A stretch of DNA of 39,805 bases from a virus: IMG/VR virus record IMGVR_UViG_3300039449_000008. One strand, 5' to 3'. Below are positions 15,358 through 22,841 of this stretch, piece by piece; the stretch's first letter is position 1; each line of letters opens with the position of its first letter. A program made the position numbers and the translations under genes. The notes beneath the pieces were generated by a model. It was not told the origin of the DNA, made no database searches, and saw only the letters and a program-made list of their open reading frames with translations.

Positions 15358-15367
15358 AACTATAGTT
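15358..15367. promoter_or_regulatory. Perfect 10-bp palindrome AACTATAGTT in the divergent cI/rightward-operon region, candidate operator.
   Basis: Read directly. It contains TATAGT in both orientations. A half-copy AACTATGG lies at 15335-15342. Confidence 0.4.
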
Positions 15368-15442
15368 AGATTTGTAGGTGTGAAAACAACCACGTTGCCA
15401 TTATTGGGTTTTGGTAACAGGTAATCCACGATAGGGGAATAT

Positions 15443-16030
15443 ATGATGGACCACTCTCATAGTCTGTCGCTCGATAGTATCTTGCTGTCAGCAACAAAAG
15501 ATTACTTGGCGAATTCCGCAGACACGCAGCGGACTTTTGCCGAAAAACGCTTATTGCCACAAATTCAGGCGCACGGCGTACCGGGTCCAAGGCCGCCGGG
15601 TGATTCCACGACCGTCGACGAATACACCGCCCGCATTAACAACATGCAAAACACGTACAGCCGAATCATGAACGGAACCAGCTTAATCCCGTTGGCTTGG
15701 CTATGGCCGTGGGTGTACGCCCTGCCAATCTCCTATCGATCACGCGTTGTTAATCAGATCCGCGCCCAATTACCCGACACCGTACCATCGTTAGCCACTG
15801 GTGCCAGTACCCACGCGAATATAGGCCGTTTAGCGACTGAAGCCGGCGAAGCCATTACATCATTAGCAGGCATCGCCGCTGACGGCGTTTACAACGACGA
15901 AGATGATCCGAAAGAAGTTAAAGCCGCGCTGAATGAACTTTACGACCTACGCGACCAAGCACAAGCCGAAGCCGAAGCCGAAGCGCTTGAGTCCGGTACC
16001 GGCTTAAACGTATCACGCACTAACCGCTAA
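15443..16030 (+). CDS. Hypothetical 195-aa protein in the cro/cII position, a possible lysis-lysogeny regulator.
   Basis: First rightward gene opposite cI. Acidic (EA)n C-terminus. Only a vague resemblance to P2/186 CII-type regulators. Confidence 0.4.
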   Translation: MMDHSHSLSLDSILLSATKDYLANSADTQRTFAEKRLLPQIQAHGVPGPRPPGDSTTVDEYTARINNMQNTYSRIMNGTSLIPLAWLWPWVYALPISYRSRVVNQIRAQLPDTVPSLATGASTHANIGRLATEAGEAITSLAGIAADGVYNDEDDPKEVKAALNELYDLRDQAQAEAEAEALESGTGLNVSRTNR

Positions 16031-16043
16031 TTTAGGGGGCAAT

Positions 16044-16664
16044 ATGTTGACAGACGCCGGTAAAAACAATCTGAGAAGTTTTATATTTTCAGTGTTTTCA
16101 GTGCATGCGCCGTCTCGTAGCTTTGACTATGCCGCGATACGAGTGCAGTCGTCCGCGCCTGTGTCTGCCCCTATGCCTGTGACCATGTCACAACTCGAAA
16201 ACAGGTCATACGTTGCCGCCATTCGCCAGCTATCAACACCCGCCGCCGCGTGGGTACGTTGGGCGTATGCGAGCCGACACTCAGACGCCGCCAACCACGA
16301 TATGGAAATCGTCGCGCGGAATCTATGGGATGACTACAGCAGCACCCTGCACAGCACCACCGAAGAACAACGCGAACGAATTATGCGACTTGTACAGCCA
16401 GCAATGGAGCAAGTCGCATTCGTTCAGCGTTTAGGAAAAAAACGATATAGCCGCGCCGATTTGTACGATCTAACGTGCTGTCCTGAAAGTTCATGGCAAC
16501 GCGATATGCAACCGCATTGGAAAGCACTCCAAGACAATCTTAAAAACCAAGACAACGCCGCCCTACGCCGCCTAAGCCTGATTTTTGACATTGTCGATCA
16601 ACGTAAAGCGCTTGGGAGCGCTAACGAAATTGCCGCAGATGCACAAATGAGCATTGCGGTTTAA
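16044..16664 (+). CDS. Hypothetical 206-aa protein, a possible Q-like late antiterminator.
   Basis: Position matches Q in the N15/lambdoid immunity regions. The STPAAAWVRWAYA segment is reminiscent of Q-family proteins. This is a weak call. Confidence 0.3.
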   Translation: MLTDAGKNNLRSFIFSVFSVHAPSRSFDYAAIRVQSSAPVSAPMPVTMSQLENRSYVAAIRQLSTPAAAWVRWAYASRHSDAANHDMEIVARNLWDDYSSTLHSTTEEQRERIMRLVQPAMEQVAFVQRLGKKRYSRADLYDLTCCPESSWQRDMQPHWKALQDNLKNQDNAALRRLSLIFDIVDQRKALGSANEIAADAQMSIAV

Positions 16665-16704
16665 CGGTTTTCCGGTTTTCCGGTTTTCCGGAATTACGTA
16701 AAAC
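16665..16704. promoter_or_regulatory. Iteron array C (three TTTTCCGG units) plus AATTACGTAAAAC, upstream of the rdgC-like gene.
   Basis: cggttttccggttttccggttttccggaattacgtaaaac. It starts 1 nt after the upstream stop and ends 26 nt before the ATG at 16731. Confidence 0.8.
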
Positions 16705-16730
16705 AGGAATGACGGGTAAGGGAAGAAAAA

Positions 16731-18140
16731 ATGCTTTTAAAACAACTCACAACGTATCAGATCGAAATGCCTACCACGGCCACTGACCAGCCAATCGCGC
16801 TGGTGCCAACGGAATGGCGCGATCATATCGAGCAAAGTGCTCAATCCATGCGCATACGCCCGCTAACGGCGCTACAGCAAACAGGCTCAGGATTTGAGCC
16901 GCCCTTGCATAAAATAAACAGTGAATACGTTGTGGCCGCCGATTCGTGCGGGTTGTTGTTGCTGTGTTACCGGATTGATACCAAGGCGATCAACGCTGCA
17001 GGCATTAAAGAATCGGTAGAAGCAAAAGCCAAAATCATTGAACACGAAGAGGGCCGTCGCGTTCGTAAATTAGAGCGCGAAGCAATCCACGACGATTTTG
17101 TGACAAAAGCACTTCCGCACATCCAACCCACACCAAAGCGCATTTTAATATTGCTGGACCTACGCCGGTACCGCGTTTTGATTGGCACAAAGTCAGAAGA
17201 CTTGGCGACGACATTACGCCGATTATTAGCAGAACACATCGTGCCAGGTTACGAAGTTGAAACCGCTGACGAAAAAGAAGTACGCCGCCCGCGCTTCATC
17301 GTCGATAGCAACTGCAAAGGCGACCCGCGCGAACATTACCGCCAGTGGATGATTCAAGGCGTTCAAGGGCTGCAACTGCATGACGGCGCATACCTCGAAA
17401 AAGAAGCCTCAAAAAACATCATCGTTACCGGGCAGGCGAATGACGCCCAGGTTATCACCGATGCATTAGATGACGGTTACCAGCCGTTTCAGGTGTCTGT
17501 CAGTGTGATGAATACCGAAGCCGACAGCGTTATCGCTGACGTTGTGCTTGATCGTTTCGGCCAATACACGGCAATACGTATCCCCGGCCATCTTGAAATC
17601 ATCAAAAGCACCCACGAAGACGAAAAAGAAGCCGCGATGGCAGACCTACACGCGAACATGGTGCTCACAGCAGGTACAGCACACGACGTAGAACACGCAG
17701 TAAAAGTGGCATTTGGTGACCAGCTTGAAATCCAAGATATATTAAAAAAAGCACTTGATATGCAGCGAACCGCAACTATTGGAACCTCTCTAATTTCTAA
17801 AGTGATGGCTACCGCGTGTTTAAATATGCCAACTGATTCAACCCAGACCATGACATACAAAGTCGGTCAAGGATCAGAGCCAATCGCCGCCCATCCTGAG
17901 GTGATTACAGTTAATGCGCCCGCGATAGAAAGTGAAGCTGATTACAGTATTTATCCCGCCGCTCGTAGTTTCGTCATGGAAAACCAGAAATGCTCGATAT
18001 CAACACTTCAGCGACATCTACGCATTGGCTACAACTATGCCGCGCGAATAGTTGAGAAGCTCGAATTTGAAGGCGTAGTAAGTAAGCCAAGCAACAACGG
18101 CACTCGTAAAGTTTTAATAAGTGAACTAAGCAGTAATTAA
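16731..18140 (+). CDS. rdgC: RdgC-like recombination-associated protein fused to an FtsK-gamma winged-helix domain.
   Basis: The N-terminus MLLKQLTTYQI...LCYRIDTKAINAAGIKESVEAKAKIIEHEEGRRVRKLEREAIHDDF parallels E. coli RdgC. The C-terminus CSISTLQRHLRIGYNYAARIVEKLEFEGVVSKPSNNGTRKVL parallels FtsK gamma. Confidence 0.75.
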   Translation: MLLKQLTTYQIEMPTTATDQPIALVPTEWRDHIEQSAQSMRIRPLTALQQTGSGFEPPLHKINSEYVVAADSCGLLLLCYRIDTKAINAAGIKESVEAKAKIIEHEEGRRVRKLEREAIHDDFVTKALPHIQPTPKRILILLDLRRYRVLIGTKSEDLATTLRRLLAEHIVPGYEVETADEKEVRRPRFIVDSNCKGDPREHYRQWMIQGVQGLQLHDGAYLEKEASKNIIVTGQANDAQVITDALDDGYQPFQVSVSVMNTEADSVIADVVLDRFGQYTAIRIPGHLEIIKSTHEDEKEAAMADLHANMVLTAGTAHDVEHAVKVAFGDQLEIQDILKKALDMQRTATIGTSLISKVMATACLNMPTDSTQTMTYKVGQGSEPIAAHPEVITVNAPAIESEADYSIYPAARSFVMENQKCSISTLQRHLRIGYNYAARIVEKLEFEGVVSKPSNNGTRKVLISELSSN

Positions 18141-18144
18141 TAAA

Positions 18145-18196
18145 ATTCCGGTTTTCCGGTTTTCCGGTTTTCCGGTTTTCCGGAATTACGTAAAAC
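18145..18196. promoter_or_regulatory. Iteron array S (four to five TTTTCCGG units) plus AATTACGTAAAAC, upstream of ssb.
   Basis: attccggttttccggttttccggttttccggttttccggaattacgtaaaac, ending 18 nt before the ssb ATG. Confidence 0.8.
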
Positions 18197-18214
18197 AATA
18201 TAAAGGGGCATACC

Positions 18215-18808
18215 ATGGCACGTAAAAACAGAATTACTTTAATCGGTCACGTTGGCGCGGACCCAGATATTCAAACGTTTGCGTCAGGCGATAAAGCCGC
18301 GCGCATTAGTATAGCAACCGATGAAAGCTATACAGACAAGCAAAGCAATCAGAAAGTCGATGTAACCGAGTGGCACCCAATCGAGTTTCAAGCCGCACTC
18401 GCTGACCGTGTGCAACAGTACGTAAAGAAGGGCGATCAGCTATACATTGAGGGCAAGTTGCGAACGTATAAAATCGTCATTGGCGATAAAAACGTCACGC
18501 AACATAAAATCATCGCCACCGATATCCAGTTTTTATCAAAACGCCGTGATTCAGACCCAGCACATGGCCAACATAATAACGGCGGCTATCAGCCAGCGCC
18601 GGGTAGTCGCGGACAGGGCAATCCCCCGCAAAATCCAAACCAGCCGCAACAGGCCCAACAACAAAACCAGCAATATGGCTACTGGCACAGTAACGGTGCG
18701 CCGTTTAATCAGCAGCAGGCCGCCATGGCTAATGCTCAGCAATTACAAACATGGCCGCGCGGTACAACACCACCACAGCAGGCGTATGCGATACAGGGAG
18801 TTTACTAA
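18215..18808 (+). CDS. ssb: Single-stranded DNA-binding protein.
   Basis: OB-fold N-terminus NRITLIGHVGADPDIQTF...TEWHPIEF...LYIEGKLRTYK, followed by a Q/P/G-rich tail. Confidence 0.9.
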   Translation: MARKNRITLIGHVGADPDIQTFASGDKAARISIATDESYTDKQSNQKVDVTEWHPIEFQAALADRVQQYVKKGDQLYIEGKLRTYKIVIGDKNVTQHKIIATDIQFLSKRRDSDPAHGQHNNGGYQPAPGSRGQGNPPQNPNQPQQAQQQNQQYGYWHSNGAPFNQQQAAMANAQQLQTWPRGTTPPQQAYAIQGVY

Positions 18809-19152
18809 TGGATATCCAAGCGATTTATACCGTATTGATTTTGGTTTTATTAGTAACTCTCTATTTTTTGGGTGTTGTGTTATCAAAAAACCAATATGAC
18901 CCGATCACGATTGAAATAGAGCCGGTCGAAGATGAAAGCGAGATACTGCGCGAAACAGTTAAAGCGCTGCAGAATTGCCGCAATGACTTTAACGCCGCCT
19001 GTCGTGAATATTGCGTACCGCGCGAAGTAATGGCAAAGCGTCTTGATGCGCGCGGGATCGTCAAAGAATACAACCGCGCGCGAAATATACTCTCTCAAAG
19101 TTTTGGCATAGAAGTGCCCGAGCTGGTGAAAGAAATCGACGTGAGGGCGTGA
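18808..19152 (+). CDS. Hypothetical membrane-anchored 114-aa protein.
   Basis: The ATG overlaps the ssb stop (TAATG). N-terminal TM segment IYTVLILVLLVTLYFLGVVL. Confidence 0.5.
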   Translation: MDIQAIYTVLILVLLVTLYFLGVVLSKNQYDPITIEIEPVEDESEILRETVKALQNCRNDFNAACREYCVPREVMAKRLDARGIVKEYNRARNILSQSFGIEVPELVKEIDVRA

Positions 19153-19154
19153 TA

Positions 19155-19661
19155 ATGACCGATACAAACAACGCCATGACAATTAAAGAAATGGCATTAA
19201 AACAACTGCTAAAGCTGCAGCCTTGTACAAGCGCTGATTTACGAGAGGCTTGCAACTGGCCAGACCGTCAGCCCGCCAACGTTCTAAGCGTGTTGCGACG
19301 TGAAGGCCTAGCTGTATTTATCGACGGTGAAAACTTCCTAACTGACGACGGCGTAAAAGCGGCAAATGGGGAAACCCCACTAACGCGCCCCGCGCCGCCG
19401 GTAGAACTAACCCAACGTCCAATCAGCAAAAAAGCTCAGACAGTGAAGGCCGATATTCAAAAAGCAAAGACGGCCTTAGAAAATATTAAATCCAACGAAA
19501 ACCGTAAAACCGGAAAACCGGAAAACCGTAAGACTGAGAATTACGCAAACGATTACGACTTACTCGACCGATTAATCGAAACATTTGTTAGCGCCGCCGA
19601 TGATATAAAGCGAATTAAAACCCGACTTAAAACACTCGATTTAACAACAGGGCAGGGCTAA
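19155..19661 (+). CDS. Hypothetical winged-helix-like DNA-binding protein.
   Basis: The N-terminus ALKQLLKLQPCTSADLREACNWPDRQPANVLSVLRREGLAV looks MarR/wHTH-like. GAGGG SD before the ATG at 19155. Contains iteron array W. Confidence 0.5.
   Translation: MTDTNNAMTIKEMALKQLLKLQPCTSADLREACNWPDRQPANVLSVLRREGLAVFIDGENFLTDDGVKAANGETPLTRPAPPVELTQRPISKKAQTVKADIQKAKTALENIKSNENRKTGKPENRKTENYANDYDLLDRLIETFVSAADDIKRIKTRLKTLDLTTGQG
19496..19550. promoter_or_regulatory. Iteron array W (four AAAACCGK units) plus GAATTACGCAAAC, inside the wHTH gene.
   Basis: cgaaaaccgtaaaaccggaaaaccggaaaaccgtaagactgagaattacgcaaac, translated as NENRKTGKPENRKTENYAN. Confidence 0.7.
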
Positions 19662-19663
19662 CT

Positions 19664-19897
19664 ATGGAATCAATTATTATATTTTCGGCAATAATTGGTG
19701 TGATTATTATTGCCGCGATTTTGGGCTTAGCCGTAGGAATTAAAATCGTGGCGATATGTATGGTCGAGGCAACAGGTTACTGGTTGCTACCAAAAAACCA
19801 CTGCACATACCCAGCCTGTAACTGCCCATTTGACGCCCCAGCAGATCCGAACTGGTGCGCCCGTGGATATCCCCACAAAAAGGCTGAATCAAAATGA
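19664..19897 (+). CDS. Small membrane protein with a Cys-rich C-terminus.
   Basis: TM segment IIIFSAIIGVIIIAAILGLAVGIKIVAICMV, then CTYPACNCPF...WCARG. Confidence 0.5.
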   Translation: MESIIIFSAIIGVIIIAAILGLAVGIKIVAICMVEATGYWLLPKNHCTYPACNCPFDAPADPNWCARGYPHKKAESK

Positions 19898-20280
19898 ACA
19901 TCGCCATGGCTAGGCTTGCCGAAAAATTAGGCATTGATCACGCAAAAATGACGCGCGAAAAAATGGCTGAAGTAGTCAGCGAAAAAGCACTGTTGCACAT
20001 TATTGAATTAGAGCGTGTGAACCATATACCCGCCGCTGGAGAGGTGTTTGGTGTGATAGCGGGAAAATATGAAGGTAATGAAATAAATTGCAAATATAGC
20101 GCCGAATTCCCAACTCTAGATGAAGCAATAGAATCCTATGATCAAGTAATAAGCTGTCCTTGGGCTTATATTTTGTACAAAGGCCGCATACTTGGTTTAT
20201 TTTCAAAAACATTCTATCCATTAGATTTTCCCGCCGCTGGTGATATGGTTCGCGAGGTTCGTCATGAATCCGGTTGTTAA
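19894..20280 (+). CDS. Hypothetical 128-aa protein.
   Basis: ORF with 4-nt start/stop overlap to the upstream gene. No motif recognised. Confidence 0.45.
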   Translation: MNIAMARLAEKLGIDHAKMTREKMAEVVSEKALLHIIELERVNHIPAAGEVFGVIAGKYEGNEINCKYSAEFPTLDEAIESYDQVISCPWAYILYKGRILGLFSKTFYPLDFPAAGDMVREVRHESGC

Positions 20281-21136
20281 CACCTATTTTTCCGGCATAG
20301 GCATGTTAGATATAGGCCTGCAAAACGCGGGTATGACGATAGGGCAGGCGTTTGAATTAGACGCTGATGCTTGCAAGACATACCGCGCAAATCATAGCCA
20401 CAAACTGATAGAAGGCGATTTATCTAAACAATTAGTTTTAGACCAAGACGCTTGCGACATGATGGCCTTCACATACCCTTGCACTAAATACAGCCGTATT
20501 GCAGACATTCACGGTACCCGAACCGGCGACGAATTGTTTTTGCATGCCTTGCGTCATTTAGCCATTGCCCGCCCAGAGGCTTACAGCGTCGAGAATGTGC
20601 CAGGTATGCGCGCCTTTCCCGTGGTAATGGAGGCGATGACAAAAATGCCTGATTATTACATACAAGTATTTTGCCCAGTGAAAGCCACAACGTGGTTACC
20701 CCAACGCCGTGACCGTTTGATCATTCTTGGCACAAAACGCCGGTTTAATGTTCGCCCGCCTGCACACACAAAACCAATGACACTGGCTGAAGTGATAGAG
20801 ACTGACCCGCGCGTAACGGTACCAAAAGCAGTATTTGAGCGAATGAAGGGATCGTACCGAGATTTGCCTATTATTTCAGATCCAGAAAAAGGCGATATCG
20901 CGCCCACATGCGTGGCCCACTATGCAAAAGATAAAAGCACACGGTTAGTGGTTGATAAACGTTTTAAATTAGGTGTTCGCCCTTACAGTGTCCGTGAATA
21001 TGCGCGCCTTCAAGGCCTACCTGATTCGTTTGTATTCCCAGTGTCCGACACGTCCGCATATCGCCAAATAGGTAATGGCGTACCGCCTCAAATGGGCGAA
21101 TGGTTGGGTGATGAAATGATGCGGTATTTTAATTAA
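20264..21136 (+). CDS. dcm: DNA (cytosine-5)-methyltransferase with no adjacent endonuclease.
   Basis: Motifs I YFSGIGMLDIG, IV TYPCTKYS, VI VENVPGM, VIII LPQRRDRLIILG and X QIGNGVPPQM. The start was chosen at MNPVVN; the track ORF begins at 20240. Confidence 0.9.
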   Translation: MNPVVNTYFSGIGMLDIGLQNAGMTIGQAFELDADACKTYRANHSHKLIEGDLSKQLVLDQDACDMMAFTYPCTKYSRIADIHGTRTGDELFLHALRHLAIARPEAYSVENVPGMRAFPVVMEAMTKMPDYYIQVFCPVKATTWLPQRRDRLIILGTKRRFNVRPPAHTKPMTLAEVIETDPRVTVPKAVFERMKGSYRDLPIISDPEKGDIAPTCVAHYAKDKSTRLVVDKRFKLGVRPYSVREYARLQGLPDSFVFPVSDTSAYRQIGNGVPPQMGEWLGDEMMRYFN

Positions 21137-21203
21137 CCCAGAACACAGCCGCGAGAGTAACGAGTCGGATGGTGTGTGTTTTTAGCTGTTTAAGGAGTGA
21201 GAA

Positions 21204-21371
21204 ATGAAAAGACTATTAGGAATAGTTCTAGCAACCGTTGTGGTGCAAGCTATATGCGGTGAGTTGACGATCATAAACGGCGCAGAACATGGTGATTTTA
21301 CATGGTGGCAAGTGACGCTTATCAGCGGTCTAATTTTCTCGACTGGATTGAACCTAATAATAGACAGTTAA
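21204..21371 (+). CDS. Unannotated 55-aa membrane protein, below the ORF-track cutoff.
   Basis: AAGGAG SD 6 nt before the ATG. Own translation: MKRLLGIVLATVVVQAICGELTIINGAEHGDFTWWQVTLISGLIFSTGLNLIIDS. A terminator follows. Confidence 0.45.
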   Translation: MKRLLGIVLATVVVQAICGELTIINGAEHGDFTWWQVTLISGLIFSTGLNLIIDS

Positions 21372-21395
21372 CCCTAGTTTTAATTGGGCAACGAA

Positions 21396-21425
21396 GGAGC
21401 GCCAGCGAGTGAGGCGCTCCATTTT
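21396..21425 (+). terminator. Rho-independent terminator-like hairpin.
   Basis: Perfect 8-bp stem ggagcgcc/ggcgctcc, 9-nt loop, then atttt. Confidence 0.55.
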
Positions 21426-21451
21426 GAAATGTTTGTTATGAGGTTGATACC

Positions 21452-21760
21452 GTGACTGAAGATCAAAATGCACTATTAGTTTTTTCAGAAGAACTGGCAG
21501 AAGTTGCGACAGAATTGCTTCTACTTCAAAACCAAGTTTCTAAAGCAATTCGTTTTGGAATAGATGAACAGAGAGACTTACCAACAAGCAACCGTGAGCG
21601 TATTACAGCTGAATGGAACGACTTGCTAGGCACAGTCGAAGTGTTGGCAAAACGTGGAATTAATCTAAAGCCTGATATTGATGCTATCAAAGCGAAAGTT
21701 GCGAAGGTTGAAAGGTACACAAATTACAGCAAAGAGCTTGGGCAGGTATCTGCCTCATAA
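21452..21760 (+). CDS. MazG-like all-alpha NTP pyrophosphohydrolase (GTG start).
   Basis: The spacing of EELAEVATE ... ERITAEWNDLLGTVEVLA resembles the EExxE / ExxD metal-binding helices of the MazG/HisE superfamily. Confidence 0.45.
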   Translation: MTEDQNALLVFSEELAEVATELLLLQNQVSKAIRFGIDEQRDLPTSNRERITAEWNDLLGTVEVLAKRGINLKPDIDAIKAKVAKVERYTNYSKELGQVSAS

Positions 21761-21820
21761 CCCGGAGCTTGCTTTTGAGCGAAGCGAAATAAGACAACAG
21801 TGAATTGTTATAGGTGACAC

Positions 21821-21991
21821 ATGACTGAGATTGATAAGAAAATCGAAATAGCTAAAAAAATAATCGAACTACTCAAGAACTACGATGATGTTGAGCTTCA
21901 TAAGTTTGATGACGGCGGCGTGATTGATTTTCCCGGAGTAAGCATAAGCTTTGAATTTGACAAGGTGACTGATACCGAAGTGTCGCTATAA
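21821..21991 (+). CDS. Unannotated hypothetical 56-aa acidic protein.
   Basis: Own translation: MTEIDKKIEIAKKIIELLKNYDDVELHKFDDGGVIDFPGVSISFEFDKVTDTEVSL. It lies between two copies of the repeated intergenic element. Confidence 0.4.
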   Translation: MTEIDKKIEIAKKIIELLKNYDDVELHKFDDGGVIDFPGVSISFEFDKVTDTEVSL

Positions 21992-22067
21992 CCAAGAGCT
22001 TTGCTGTGTGAGCCACAGCGAACATCTGACAAAAGTGAATTGTTATTTCACGAACTGGGGTTTTAAA

Positions 22068-22769
22068 ATGAAAGTAATCAGCTACGGAGCGGGAACAAAT
22101 AGCGCTGCTATGTTGGTAGGATTTAAGCAGCGCGGAATAAAGCCTGACGTAATTTTATTTGCTGACACAGGCGGCGAGAAGCCGGAAACATACGAGCATT
22201 TGAAAATAATGCAGCGTTGGTGTCTAGATAACGGATTTCCGGAAATATCTATATGTAGAGAAAAGCAAACATTAGAATCTGACTGCTTAAATCGTAAGGC
22301 ATTGCCGGGGTTGGCATACGGTTTCAAAAGTTGCAGCGAGCACTACAAAATCAGACCACAAAAGCGCTGGCTTAAAGCCAACGGCATTAAAGCAGAATTG
22401 TTTTACGTTGGCATAGATGCTGGCGAATCACACAGAATTAAAGACGATCCAAGCACTGAGTATCCATTGATAAGCTGGGGATGGGGCCGTAAAGAATGTA
22501 TTGATGCAATTGAAAAAGAAGGATTGCCGTTGCCGGGGAAAAGCAGTTGTTTTTTTTGCCCTGCAATGAAAGCCGGAGAAATTCGCGCTCTCAGCGTGCA
22601 GCATCCAGAATTAATGGATCGTGCTTTAAAAATAGAAAAAAATGCAAATTTAACAGTGGCGGCGGGGCTTGGGAGGTCATTTAGCTGGAGTAGCGTTATC
22701 GCAACAGAAGATATGTTCCCTGAGCTTTACAACAGTACGGAGATTGCTTGCGGCTGCTATGACGGCTAA
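22068..22769 (+). CDS. PAPS-reductase-like / PP-loop (adenine nucleotide alpha-hydrolase) family protein with a Cys cluster.
   Basis: The N-terminus KVISYGAGTNSAAMLVGF...DVILFADTGGEKPETY resembles the SGGxDS PP-loop region. Cysteines occur at CSEHY, SSCFFCP and ACGCY. The ATG at 22068 is preferred over the GTG at 22008. Confidence 0.55.
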   Translation: MKVISYGAGTNSAAMLVGFKQRGIKPDVILFADTGGEKPETYEHLKIMQRWCLDNGFPEISICREKQTLESDCLNRKALPGLAYGFKSCSEHYKIRPQKRWLKANGIKAELFYVGIDAGESHRIKDDPSTEYPLISWGWGRKECIDAIEKEGLPLPGKSSCFFCPAMKAGEIRALSVQHPELMDRALKIEKNANLTVAAGLGRSFSWSSVIATEDMFPELYNSTEIACGCYDG

Positions 22770-22841
22770 CGAGTGAAATAACAAAGAGTACGCGTGCGAG
22801 GCACGAGTCGCGCGCTACGAGGTGTTATTTAAGGGGGTTAA

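Noticed and set aside
6496-15442. Search for a LexA (SOS) box CTGT-N8-ACAG in the control regions at 6496-6664, 8142-8226, 14344-14643 and 15298-15442.
   Set aside because: Only half-sites or mis-spaced matches were seen, for example CTGTacaaaacaTACA at ~6555 and CTGTatattttgATGT at ~8722. No convincing box was found, so I make no claim of SOS control.
15366-15590. The 74-aa minus-strand ORF spanning the cI / 15443 intergenic region, considered as a cro-like gene.
   Set aside because: It runs antisense into the 15443 ORF, has no SD, and would start inside that gene. The 145-bp intergenic region holds no credible small ORF; the longest has 14 codons.
15955-15990. A tandem hexamer (GAAGCC)n encoding (EA)n, together with GCA/GCC triplet repeats at ~30130-30190, considered as phase-variation switches.
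   Set aside because: The repeat units are multiples of three, so slippage would keep the frame. They encode flexible acidic or alanine-rich linkers rather than on/off tracts.
22008-22067. The GTG-initiated N-terminal extension (MSHSEHLTKVNCYFTNWGFK) of the PAPS-reductase-like ORF.
   Set aside because: It would translate through the repeated intergenic element. The ATG at 22068 begins the conserved PP-loop region directly.
21137-22841. The TAAC...GTTAT-bounded intergenic spacers considered as integron attC sites, i.e. a cassette array lacking an integrase.
   Set aside because: Only the AAC/GTT ends fit. The internal hairpins are self-contained on one side, so no paired L''/L' boxes can be drawn. 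The RYYYAAC / GTTRRRY consensus is poorly met and no IntI gene is present.
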